Assembly (NCBI GenBank): GCA_030770535.1
Contig: JASVEC010000011.1
Location: 1,302,001 to 1,366,000 of the forward strand
Source of the DNA: Batkoa obscura
Taxonomy: Eukaryota
DNA length: 64,000 bases
Direction: 5' to 3'
A model generated the notes under the pieces. That model was not told where the DNA came from and made no database searches. It was given only the letters and a program-made list of their open reading frames with translations. Numbering within the stretch: position 1 is the first letter of the stretch; each line of letters starts with the position of its first letter. Both the position numbers and the translations under genes were made by a program. Shown here in pieces: positions 11,891-24,164 of the stretch.

Positions 11891-12750
11891 AAACATTTTA
11901 ATTTTTAATTTTTAATTATTCAAAATCGTGGCCTTAATTTCCAAAAAGAAACTTAAATAGCCAAATATTCTGTTGATTAGATAAACATTTATTCAATTAC
12001 ACATTATCTATTATAATTGGAAGTTATAGCTTTTGATTTCTAGAACACAAAATTGGATTCATTAAGTTGAGCAATAAATGCTACAAGACACTCCTTGAAT
12101 TTTAAAAAAAATTGGACTATATAAAGTTAAAATTTTAATTGAAGAGATTCAAAAATTTTATTATAATATATCAATAAAAATAAAAAAATTGACTTATTAT
12201 TATGATTTTTTTTATATTGGAGCTTTGTATTTATTAACCTTTCTAAACTTATTACTTTTTAAACATCTTTAAAATTTTAGAAGTGTTCTAAATAATTTTG
12301 AAATTTAACAAATTTCTTAGAATTTCAAATTTATTACCATATTTATTCCTACTAAAAGTAGCAGTGAAGTCTCTGCGAGCAAAAAATATCAGGAACTTCT
12401 AGTTAAATGACCAATTGCCTGCATCCTTTTTCCTTTAGAATTTCGAGTATTTAATAAACCACCTGGGGGCTTTGTCCCTTTCAAGAATTTAAGAAAAAAG
12501 TAGCATTGAATTAGCCAAATATTCTATATTTCACCCTCTTAATACGATATAGTACAATGTTATCTCGAAAATGTAGAAAGCAATAAGTAAAAAACAATAT
12601 TTAATTTGGTCATTAAAAAAATTTAAGCATCTTAAACAAAATCGATAAATTATCCAATAATAAATGATGACAACAAAGTAGATTAAATAATAATACTTGG
12701 CATGTTAGACATAAAATTTAAGATAAGGTTCCAAAAAATTGTTTTTCACT

Positions 12751-13623
12751 ATGCTTACATTTTATGAATTTTTAGGCTTGGTATTACAATGTCATTTCAG
12801 GTTATTAGAGGATTTAGCAGGTAGTATTATTTAGCATTAATTTACTTATTTTAAACTATAAATAGAGGAATACGCTATTGGACTAATAATCATAGGGATA
12901 AGTATAACATTAATAGGGTTAGTTTTTTTACTGTCGAATGAAAAAGCCATAAGATATGTCTATTTTTTAAGCGGGTTTCTATTTATAACGCCATTTTCAT
13001 TAGTGCTTGTAACATTGTCACTTCATTCGACTATAGAATATAGTCCAGAACTCAATAAAGCGGATTTTGCAAAGTGTCTAACCCCTTTAATTAGCAAACA
13101 GCTCAAATGGTATTATAGTATAAATATAGGTATAAGTTTGTTTCTGGGATTCTTGGGTTATAAATACAGGAGATTAGGCAGAGTATCCTATTCATTAGTA
13201 TTGTTGCAGGCTATTATTTTTTATACGCTATCAAGAAATACTTCTGCCTTAGTTCTGGTCTTTATCGTTCTCTTTTTTACCATCTCCATTCCTACTATAA
13301 TTTATAGACTAAATCGCTTATCCGATATAATCATATCTTCCTTTACTGGTGGGCTCTTTTTTTCTTCAGGTTATTTAATTACATCTGTTGGTATCGTAAA
13401 TACCTTTAAGCCATTAAACTACACTTATAGCCTACTTTCTTATTTCTCAGCACTTATAATATCGACTATTGTTCCGTTTACAACAGCTCACTTAATATTT
13501 ATTCAAATTGGTCCTAACCCTATTCAAATCAAAATGTTTACCTTACTACTTACCTTTTACTATAAAGTAAGGTACAAAGTGCGGCAAAAGTTGACTCGTT
13601 TTAACTTTTGTAGTGAGCAATGA
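12751..13623 (+). CDS. multi-pass membrane protein, possibly TM7S3/TMEM198 (DUF4203)-like
   Basis: ATG 12751 with GT-AG intron 12821-12865 joins in frame to ORF 13003..13623, giving 275 aa; IGLVFLL...IRYVYFLSGF and IISSFTGG resemble that family (family call tentative). Confidence 0.7.
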
Positions 13624-13852
13624 ATTGAATCCACTGATTTTTTAAATAAAGTAACAAGCTCATTTGTTTTTTAGCTTTATTGTTGTATAATCATTAAAAG
13701 ACAAGTTTTATTTTAAAAAATAATTTAAAAAGTGTACGAATCTGTTTGATTGGCTAAAAATGTGAATGTATAATTGATAATTTAGCCTGCACAAAATTTA
13801 CTGCTTTTAGTTTAGCATAATAAACCGAATTTAAAAATTGTAAAGTTAATAT

Positions 13853-13950
13853 GGGGATGTATTTTTTGTTTGAGAATTTTACTAACAATCTTCTCGCTCA
13901 AATAGTGCTTAAAAAATGGAAAAAGTAATGAAACCAAAAAAAACATTCCC
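13853..13950 (+). mobile_element. MITE family A copy
   Basis: consensus match; ATAT on both flanks. Confidence 0.9.
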
Positions 13951-14746
13951 ATATAGTGTATATACAAAATATCGATATCCTCAAGTCATTCATAGTGCAA
14001 TAAGTTAATAAAATAACACAAAAAATACTACAAGTGATTCAAAAGATCAGTATAGAATCCGGATTGTTAAATACTATTAAAATGCCATGAATGCTGAATT
14101 TATTATTATTGAAAAACTAATACTGTTAAAATATTTTCAAATGAAGTACATTAAACACTAGTTTTTTTAATTAAATATTGGAAGAGCTTACGTTCCAAAG
14201 TAGTCCAATAACAAGTTTGAAACTTAAAGAAGAGGTCTACCAAGCAAGGGTCTATTGCTCACTATAGTTTTTGGGCAGGAGTGTGTTAGTGAATTCAAAC
14301 TCATTGCTCTACGCTATCTTTTATTACACGTGGAAGGATTTTTAAACTATAGCTAAAAAGAAAGCTACATAATAAAAGTGAAAAGAGACGAAGTTTATGT
14401 TTTACTTTAATTTGTGTTAGTACACTGTATCAGACTTATGTTTATAGTCATTTATCTATAAAAAACATTTAAACTTTATATTTTGAATAATAGTATGGAT
14501 TTTATAAACAATGGTAGCTTAGTTGTTATCTTTAGTGATGTTTTGCGTTAAAATTAAAATTAGTATAATATATATAACGTAATATAATGTAATGTCTATA
14601 GCTAAGGAGTATGTAAAGATTAAAAAGTAGCATGTAAAACAAAAAAAAGGTAGAAAACATAAATACTAGTCAGTTGAAAAGCTGTTATAGTAAAAAATTT
14701 AATACAGAGCGTTAAATCTTTAAAAACGAAGAGGCGTTAAACCTAA

Positions 14747-16515
14747 TTATCTTTTTGTCGTTCCACTATTATCTTTTAAAGTTTCTATTATCATTTCAAT
14801 CATTTTTAGATTAAGCTGAGTAATTTTCAAGACAAACGAAGATTTAAGTGAAGACCTCAAAATCTGCTTCCCTTTTTGAAGATATTCTGTTGGGTCTTTA
14901 CCATTCCTTTCGTACCGTATTATGAAAACCAAACAGGTAGATAAAGGTAGATAATCAAGGCTAAGAGTATATTTATGTGAAGTTATAGCAATACTATCAA
15001 TTAATAAATAGTATCTTATTATTATAACGTTGGTATAGTTTGATACGCTTGTATTAATGTTTTTATTAAACATATATTCTTTATGTTCATAAACCCTTTT
15101 TTCATCCAATACATTAAAGTGAATTGAATAAACATAAAAGTCAATATGGTGATAGAAGTAAATAAAACAGTTTTGGTGATTTTTGATAGTTGCTTTCAAA
15201 TTTCGATTTTTCACTTTCAGTAAAATACTATTCGAAATATCAGAATACTTTTCTTTAGCTGCAAACTTTTTGAATGAAATTTCCTTTAAAACATTATTAA
15301 ATTTCGATTAATCCTCGGCTCCTACTGTTTCCTTCTCTTTAACTAAACGTAAATTTAAAAAAATTATACTTAATATGTGATAAAATCCCTGTACTTTCAA
15401 AAAACAATACTGTTGAGCTGCTTTTTCATATGTATTTAAACCAAACCAAGAATCACTAAATTTGCTCACAAAATATCTGTTTAGCCTCTTCAGTTCTAAT
15501 GGAAATGCAGGTTCAGCAACACATGATCCAAAGTTTAATAAGATTCCATTGTAAAAAAGATTTAGTATATAGTAGGTGTAAACTCGTCCAGTATTGGTCT
15601 TTTTAGAAAGCTTCTTTAGTGATTGGCTTAACCTTATTATAAATGATATCCTATAGCAATGAAATAAAAGAAACTCTTTGATGCTAGCAATCCATGGAAA
15701 ATATGGAACTCCAATTATTAGTGTAAATATTGTTTGCATATTTCCTAAACTGAGTTAAATTTTAGGAACATTTGAGATGAAACTATAAAGCTTTCCTTCA
15801 AGATATTTGATCAAATTCTTTACAACTTCTGTTTGTTCCATATGCAAAAGACCATCTAAAAATATTTCTGATTTAAAAGTAAAGGAACGTGAAGGAAAGC
15901 CAAAATTTGTTTTATAAAATAAAGGAAGTTCTATATTAACAAATTTAAAGTAATTAATAGCTGCTTGTTTTGAAATATGTCTAATATTAAAGGCGGGCTC
16001 ATTTGGTGTTTCGGGTACAAAGAGAGATTTTTTACGATTAGAGGTTATCAAAGCCAATTTATCTGTAAATATAATGAATAGGTTTAAGCTTTTACTAGGA
16101 AAATGTGATGATGGGTTTTGAATAAAGTTTGAGAAATTCTCTAATATTGACTTCTTTTGAAATTTACTAAAAATTATAAGGACATTATATGAGAAATTGG
16201 AATCCTTTGGTAATTTTAATAGTTGATATTTGATTACTTTAGATTGCAACTGTTTTGATCTACTTTTTTCTTCTATAAAAACAGAGTTAACATTTGAGGT
16301 AGCTTTAAATATAGGTTTAATTGTTACTTTTTCTGACCCATATTCGCTGTGTCTTTTTTTATTGTATTTAAGTTCTCTTTTTAAAATACATTCTATACAT
16401 TTCTTCATACATATCGTACATTTTGGTAGTAGTCTATCACATTTAAAATGCTTTAAAAACATTGATCACATCTGTATCCTCTTTTGTTTAATTTTGATAT
16501 ACTCTGTTGCTCGAT
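14747..16515 (-). pseudogene. Zn2Cys6 transcription factor pseudogene, paralog 3
   Basis: ORF pieces 15755..16462, 15308..15739 and 14747..15214 align consecutively to paralog 53357..55222; start appears as ATC, frameshift inside the zinc cluster, internal stops. Confidence 0.88.
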
Positions 16516-16666
16516 GAATTCAAAAGCGTACAAAACATTAATTGCAGTCCATTATATAGCATCATAGAGAATTTAAATAACTTCTTTTAAAATCCAATTA
16601 AAAAGTAAAGTAAGAATACAAGGTTAAATTGCTATGATTTTTTTAATAAAATTTAGTAAAACAAAT

Positions 16667-16765
16667 GGGAATGTTTTTTTTGGCTTCATCACTTTTTCCA
16701 TCTTTTAAGCGCTATTTGAGCGGAAAAATTAGTAGTAAAATTCTTAAACACAAAAATACATCCCC
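16667..16765 (-). mobile_element. MITE family A copy
   Basis: consensus match; AAAT on both flanks. Confidence 0.9.
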
Positions 16766-17399
16766 AAATGATGTTTTGATAATCCGATTTATTAGACTTT
16801 ACACTTCTGACTAAAGTCGTTGCTATTTTAGTATTTAGAACAGCCCAAGCGATATTAGACAAATATGTTAATTCACACAATATAACAAATCCAGACTTTA
16901 AGCTATTTATTAAGACAATATTGAAATCGTATTAAAATCATATTGAGCGAACCTTAAGAAAAATGTTGTAGGTAATAATATTTATGATTGTTTACATTAA
17001 AGCTTATGGTTTTTGTTAAAGTGAGTGGTAGAAATAGTAATAGCAATATCAATGCCAAGTAAGTAATAAGATCAACTCATCGCAAAAATTTATTTGAGCC
17101 TAAAGTTGTAACAATTATTAATACTATAGTAAAAAGATAGTTGCTCCCCAAAGTGATATAACAAGCGGATATGCTGAAGTGTTTAAGTTGTTTAAAAGGA
17201 TTAATGATTTTTTATGTTACAGAATTAACAAAGAGGAGCAACATGACCCTTTAGAATATTGCAATTTAGATTTGCTGTATAATAATGCAAAGGGGACATC
17301 TATCTTAGTTAAAGTTTATGTAGCTGTTGATATCGTTAATCCTTGGTTTAATAATTAGTACATTTATGTATGACTGGGGAGGGATGGAAGCGGTAATAA

Positions 17400-18219
17400 A
17401 AATTTGTTTTTCGAGTACTCTTAATTGAAGTATTAATGATAAATTAAGATAAAGCTGATATCAAAACCTGTAAAAACCTAAGGTTATGGGTTGATATAAA
17501 GCACATGAAAATCAAATGTTAAATATTGATAAAAATAAGAAACTAAAGTTGTAGCATTTGAGGGCTCTAAATTTTTGACTTAAGCTATTGTAATACCATA
17601 TCATTCTTTTGGAACTTTAGTTTCTTGTAACTTTGCACCTTGATCTAATATAATTTCCCTCACCTGTTCCAAATCTTATCATGAATTTTCACATCTATTT
17701 GAATTACGTATCTTAATTGTAATATAAAAAAAGTTAAACTAAAATCTTTTTTGAAATCTATTATATCCTATGTTTCTTTACTTGAAGTTCCTGTCTTCCG
17801 TCACTTTCATAGTAAGTTTCAATTACATAATAAACTTCCTTGTAATTCCTTAGTATAAAATATAAAATTGACATCAATAATAATTTAATTAAGATGGTAA
17901 TAATGTACCCAAATAAAAAGCTTTAACTCAGGTCAAAAAATATAGGCATAGATGAATTCTTTCAATAACAAAGTATTTTAATTTAATCTTCTATCTAGAG
18001 AAAATATCATTATTTAGAAAGTTCAACTTGTAAGTCGGTTGACAATGATGTAAACTATGAATTGTATGATTCACTATTGCAGGTTTCTCTTTCATTATTA
18101 TATATTAGAAACTTGAAGTCTTCTTCAGTCCTTTCATCTTAGATTGGTAAATTAAAGTCTTTATTAGAGAGCATTATTGATTCTATGGCTAGCTTTAAAA
18201 TAATTTCACTAGATACCAT
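17400..18219 (-). pseudogene. decayed tandem copy of the gene at 19114-20012
   Basis: minus strand retains MVSSE..., TDLQVELS, PELKL and AKLQ blocks with many stops and frameshifts; 3' boundary approximate. Confidence 0.7.
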
Positions 18220-19113
18220 GTTATATGTTTTAATTAAACGATAGGCTTTATAATGAACTTATATTGGTTATACACTCTAATTTATTTACTTTTTTAAAGC
18301 CTGGATTTAATTATGTAGTTACTAAAAGCTTTACATTTGATCTTTTTTAATTCAAAGATATCACAAGTATTGTGTTATTCAATTTCTAGTAAAAATCGAG
18401 CCAGATGTCTATAGAGGTAGGTGAGAAATCAAAGAGTGAGTTGTCCTTGCGAATAATAAGGAATGAATTCATAACCTGGGTATCAGTACCGTTGAAAAGT
18501 TGAGATAAGGGGGTTTGGATAATCGGCTCCAGGGCAAGACAAAGGGGGTAATAGGTAGCTTTAACTCTGAGAAAGTCAATGTTTTTTGTCCTGAATAAAG
18601 TGAAGTGAGAGGCGTAGATTTAGGATTGAAGATTAGCTTCGAGCGGGTAGAAGCAACAGACAAAATAATTGAGAAGATTCTAGTGAAACAGATTGAAGGA
18701 TTTGTTTTCAAAAGATAGCTAAAATGTTAGGAAAATCGGGTAGATTTTCAGGATAAAAGGAGGAGACAAATAAAAGAAAGTGACCCAACCATCATACCAT
18801 AGTTTAGAAGAATCAGAGAGGAAAGTCTTCTTTTTTTATCATTTGATGTTTATTTTAACCTACTTTCGATCCTTCTAAAATCAATTAATTTACAAGATAA
18901 TATGATATTATGATATTATGGAACAGACTTTATTTAAATGTGTGAACACTTTGTGAATAAATCCACTTTACAACAAAGCAATACTTCAATTAAAATATTA
19001 TAGTATAATTTTAAAATTTCTATTATAAAAAGAGTAGATAAAATGAGTTATTTATTTAAAAAAAAGTCAAACACGAGGCCATTAATCATTCATTTTAATC
19101 ATTAGTTATAATA

Positions 19114-20012
19114 CTACATTTCATAATTAATGCTTTTAATATTATGAAAGTTTTCCAGAAACCAAGTATCTATTGACACATCCATAGTGAATAAAGTCTT
19201 TAATTTATAACCAAAGTTTTTTTTGAAGATGACCGTATGCCAAGGATTCTTAATAAAGTAATTGAATCTATTACTATTTTGAATTTTTATTTTGTTTTTA
19301 TTTAATACATACTCGATATCAATATTACTATAGCGACTATTAGCATTTAAAGCTTTTATGATTTTTTGAGTTAATAGATCATAGTCCCATACTACCTCTT
19401 TTACTATCTTTATTCTTTTTAATTTTGCATCAGAATTTATATAACTTTTAATTGTTTGCTCTAATTCTTGTTCTGAATTATCACTTTTATTTGGATTATA
19501 TATCTTGCCTTTTTTCGATATAAGAGAAGTTAAATCAAACTCTTTTTTAAAACCTATTACTTCTCGAACTTTTAATGATTGACGTTCTACTATTGCATTG
19601 TTTTCAAAATAAAACTCAGTTACACTATAACTTTCTTTACGATTTCCTAATAAAGTTCTAATTAATCAATTATAATCTTTTAATTAATATAAAAAATTTT
19701 ACCTCGTATACAAAGCTTTAACTCAGGTTTAACATTATAAGTGGTGATAAAACTTCTCAATAATGTAGCATCCTGATTCAATCTTTCATCCTGGGAAAAC
19801 AATCCAGTTCCAGAAATTTCAACTTGTAGGTCAGTTGGTAATAGAAGTACTGTATCATTCAGTTCATCATTACTGATTTCTCTTATATTATTATTTAATG
19901 AATATTGAGGGGTATCTCTAACTACTTCATCATAAGTTGGTAATTCTGAGTACCTATCAGAACAAACTGTCTGTCCTATGTTTGAATTTAAGATGTTTTC
20001 GTTGGATATCAT
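19114..20012 (-). CDS. hypothetical protein, two exons, 280 aa
   Basis: exon 1 20012-19703, GT-AG intron 19702-19647, exon 2 19646-19114 open to TAG (GNRKESYSV...KEVVWDYDLL...IDTWFLENF); LPTY (PY-like) motif near the N-terminus. Confidence 0.8.
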
Positions 20013-20704
20013 TTTCTTGAGTTAAAAAAATAAACTCATACTGTTAAATTTTTTATTATTTATATAACCCAGCCTTTTTTCTAAAACTTAGAATTATTAC
20101 ATAGTTGTTAAAATTCTATCATTTGATGTTGATTTTAATCAAGCTTTAATAATTTAAGAATGAATTTAATTTTCTAAAATACCATCACGTTATAAATACT
20201 ATTCAAAGTAGTTTTAATTTTAAAAATACTGTATTTAACTATTATCTGATTTGATTAGTTTTATCTTCTCACTCAATTTTATAGCATAAAAACAATCAAC
20301 CAACACTTTAAAATAATTTCAGATTGTTTTTACTTAATAGGGGCACTTTTTAAATAAAAAAAATAAGAAAAATAAAACAATTTAAAGTATATACTAATAT
20401 ACTTTTTTTAAATTTGAAATTTACATTACAAAATAAAAAATTTATTGCTAGTTAAAAAAGATAGTATAAAACTTTATTTTTTAAAAGTTGATTAAAATTT
20501 AATTATTAGTTAAAAATCAAGTTTTTTTAACTATTTTGATATATATTTTTTTAAGTAAAACTTACTGAATATTACTTTAAGTTTTATTTATCATATTTTA
20601 TTAATTTTATGAAAATTTATTATATTAATTTTATATTTTATATTATATATAAATAATATATATTAAATTTATACTTTTTTAAAAACTTAAAAATATAAAA
20701 ATGT

Positions 20705-20756
20705 TGTCTAAGTGGAAAAATGTTAATAAGGTTTTTAAACAAAAAAATACATCCCC
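20705..20756 (-). mobile_element. degenerate/partial MITE family A copy
   Basis: retains the end aaacaaaaaaatacatcccc followed by ATAT; the rest is decayed. Confidence 0.6.
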
Positions 20757-20781
20757 ATATTTAAATAATTAAGATATAAGC

Positions 20782-21244
20782 TGTGAAATATTGGTTTATT
20801 TAGCTCTCAGATTGATTATAACACAACAATCACTTAAGTTGTTGTATTTTCAAATTCAAACATAATCAATTCAGAGTCCCTTATTTTGATTTGCTGCGAG
20901 AATTTATAACTTCATATTGCAAACAATATTATCTCCTTTTAATATCCATACTTATTGAAGTATAAAAGAGATTCTTCAATATGATAACTCGAGGCTTTTT
21001 TAATTGGATTACTCCCTGATAACGTATCATTAATAAAGTCACTAAGTCTTTCTGACAACATCTTATATAGATTTTACAGTAGTATCTTTCATTGTATTTG
21101 TTTTACATAATTCGTAGCTTACTACGTACTATTTCTATTAAATTAAGTCTATCTTAGTTACATAAACTAAGACCCTTCGACCCAAGGCAAGTTAATTAAC
21201 CAAGAGTAGCTTTTAACTTGGACCACTAAGTATCAACTTTCACA
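20782..21244 (-). mobile_element. solo-LTR-like element B, GC-richer copy
   Basis: ends TGTGAAA...TTTCACA, AAGC on both flanks; reverse complement closely matches 48179-48639. Confidence 0.8.
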
Positions 21245-21287
21245 AAGCTATAAAATTAAGTTTTATAATTTATATTGCTTTGCTAAA

Positions 21288-21928
21288 TATGAAAGTTGAT
21301 ATTTGATAGTTAGAGTTAAAAGCAATTTCTGCTTGATTAATTATCTATAAGTCAAAAAATCTTAGTTTATATAATCAAAATAAACTTAAATCATGAAAAA
21401 TAGCATATAATTAGCTATGAATTATATAAAATAAACAAAATAAAAAATATTACTGTAAAATCTATATGAAATACTATCAAAAAAACTTAGTGGTTTTATT
21501 AAAAATATAATATTAGGAAATAATTTAATGAAAAAGCTTTAAATTATTACGTTAAAAAAAAGATAATTAGATAGCTATATATAAAAAGCATAATAACAAT
21601 TATTTTTTATTATAGTTACCAAGTAAAGACATCAAAATAAGAAGATAATGTTCTTTGCAATTAGGTGGTAAATATTTTTATAGTAAATTAAAATAAAAAA
21701 CTCCGAATTAATTATATTATATGGGGATGTATTTTTTTGTTTAAGAATTTTACTAACAATCTTTCCGCTCAAATAGCGCTTAAAAAATGGAAAAAATAAT
21801 GAAACCAAAAAAACATCCCCATATAAATCACAATCAAATTAATTATAAGACTGTAACTAGTTTTGTAAACAAATTAAGCGATTATTACATAATAAACAAT
21901 CATAAAGCTGATAAAGCAATATTTCATA
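21288..21928 (+). mobile_element. solo-LTR-like element B, AT-mutated copy with nested MITE
   Basis: colinear with 48179-48639 and 47236-47886; ends read TATGAAA...TTTCATA; no matching flanks seen. Confidence 0.75.
21723..21820 (+). mobile_element. MITE family A copy nested in element B
   Basis: near-consensus; ATAT on both flanks; empty site with a single ATAT near 47779. Confidence 0.93.
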
Positions 21929-24029
21929 CTTATAATAATAAAATATTATAATTATTATAGTTATTTTTATTAAAAGTATATATATTTTTATTAAATAAGC
22001 TATTAGATAAAACAAAAACTATAGCTTCTTATTCCTCAATATTAATAATCAAATTTATATTTAAATTTTGAAATTTTATATATAAAGAGGTAGATATGTA
22101 TATATCTATTTATTAAAAAAACTGAATTCAAATTGAAATTAAGATCTTTATATTATTTAATTTAGTATGTTAAAATCTTAGATTTCAATCAGTTTCTGAA
22201 TTTCAGCAAATTAAATTGAAGAATGTTATTTTTTTTAAATTCACGCTGTTACTCATCTAATTTAAATGCTATCACAAATTCAATTTGGACAAATGGTATA
22301 AATACATTCATAAAAATTATACAGGTTTAAAGGATTTTTATAAATGGACTAATAATAAAATTTAATATCATGCGATTATTGAATAAAATATTCCATTTTC
22401 ACCTAACTGACTATAGTTTGATATTTAGTGTATATACTAGGCTTTATTTTTATAAATTGACCAATAATATGATATAACAAAGTTCAATCATTGAATAAAA
22501 TTGCCATCTTTATCTAGCTAATCACAACTCAATACTTAGAGTGGATGTTAAATTATTTCCATAAATTAGCAATAATATAGTATAATGCCATTTTTATATG
22601 TAAAGATATCAATTCTAAAAGTCAAAAGCTTTTATTGTCTCAAAGCTAATCCTGATTATTTAGAGAGTGTCACTTAATGGCTACACATCCGTTACGTAAA
22701 TTCATAGTTTTAAACCTATTGGCTCAAAAGCAATGGTACTTCAGCTGTGGCAATGTTGGTGTGGAGATTTTTATCCTTTTTTGACTGTCATTACAACCAA
22801 TATTTCTAAATTTTGTAAGCTTCGACATTCCTTAAAGATCCTACTATTAACCCTGGCTTTTGAATAAATGGCTTTATTACTCTTTTAGGAGATTCTTATA
22901 AAACATTACGGTTTTATTTGCTCTCTGTTTGCTAAATCCCTGGCCTGGATCTTCCACCTTACTTTTTATCCTCTATATATCGATTCAATTGTTGCTACAA
23001 CGCTAATTTCAGTTTTTTTTCTTGAGTGAACTTCTTTTATGAAAAGAAAGGATAAACATGCTTTGACTATGGCAAACATAGTCTCTAAAGGCTTGAAAAG
23101 GTCGGGTTCTTTCATATTTCCTCCTGACATCCTTAAACATCATTTATTTGTTGATATAAACTGGCACTCTTTTTTTTGAAGCAAAACCGCTGCTATTCCG
23201 ATAAAAGTTTAATATGTCTATAGAAAAAGTTAAATGGTTTGAATAATGATTAGGGTTTAAACGTGGAAACACTAATCAAATCACATACTTTGCAAAGCCT
23301 GATGCTATAATTGAATAAAACTCAATATAAGTTGAATGCATTTTGGAAAATGACATAAAAAACCAAGATCAAAGTTACTACTAACTCTAATATCCCATAT
23401 ATTAAATATAGATATAAAGAGTAGTAAATTGATGCATTTTATACTCATTGAAAATATATAAATAATTGTATCTCTTCCTCAGGAATATCTTTTGATTGAA
23501 AGTTCCTTTATTTTTTTATTTTCTAAAATAAAGTATGCGTTTTAATCCTATTAGTCATTTTAATTTAATTAACTTAGTTAAAGTATATTATTTTCCTTAC
23601 ATTTGTTTAGGGAGACTTTAAAACTTACTATTATTGTTGGTCAAGAATTGGGCTTATATTGCCTTAAATTATATCAACTTATCAATTGGTACGTCACTGT
23701 GCTTAAGGGACTCAGAGCCATTGCGACTTACATATATGGTACTGTCACCCCATCACTGGACTTTAATAATTCTAATAATGACTTGAAGAAGATGGGGTTT
23801 AATAGGATGTTACTTTATTTCAATCCATGTGTTTTAAATGATCGATCTAATTCAATCAATAAACCAAAAATCGAAAATGGCATTTAAAAAGTGATTATAT
23901 TTATGTATATTTAATTAAAGGATGTTTCTATACTCCATTTTTTAAGTGAATTATTTCAATGTCCAATTTGGTAAATTAGGCTTCAAAATAGTTTAGAGTT
24001 ATAACGAATTAAAATCGATATTGAACAAA

Positions 24030-24037
24030 ACGCGAAA
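24030..24037 (+). promoter_or_regulatory. candidate G1/S (SCB/MCB/E2F-like) element upstream of POL3
   Basis: ACGCGAAA about 130 bp upstream of the POL3 ATG, beside a CCAAT, in CpG-poor sequence. Confidence 0.4.
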
Positions 24038-24164
24038 ATAAGCCAATTAAATAGCTACAATTTCGCATTTTGAATGAAAGAAAAACGGAATGCTATGATG
24101 GGATAAGATTATCAATTTAAATTTTGATAACTTTTTGATTAGATATTCTTTTTGTTCAAAAAAA

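Noticed and set aside
18400..18830. GC-richer purine-skewed island with an 80-aa ORF, possibly a retroelement scrap
   Set aside because: No recognisable RT, endonuclease or gag motif.
22650..23890. Coding-like patches including ORF 23603..23887
   Set aside because: I could not build a consistent gene model or recognise a domain.
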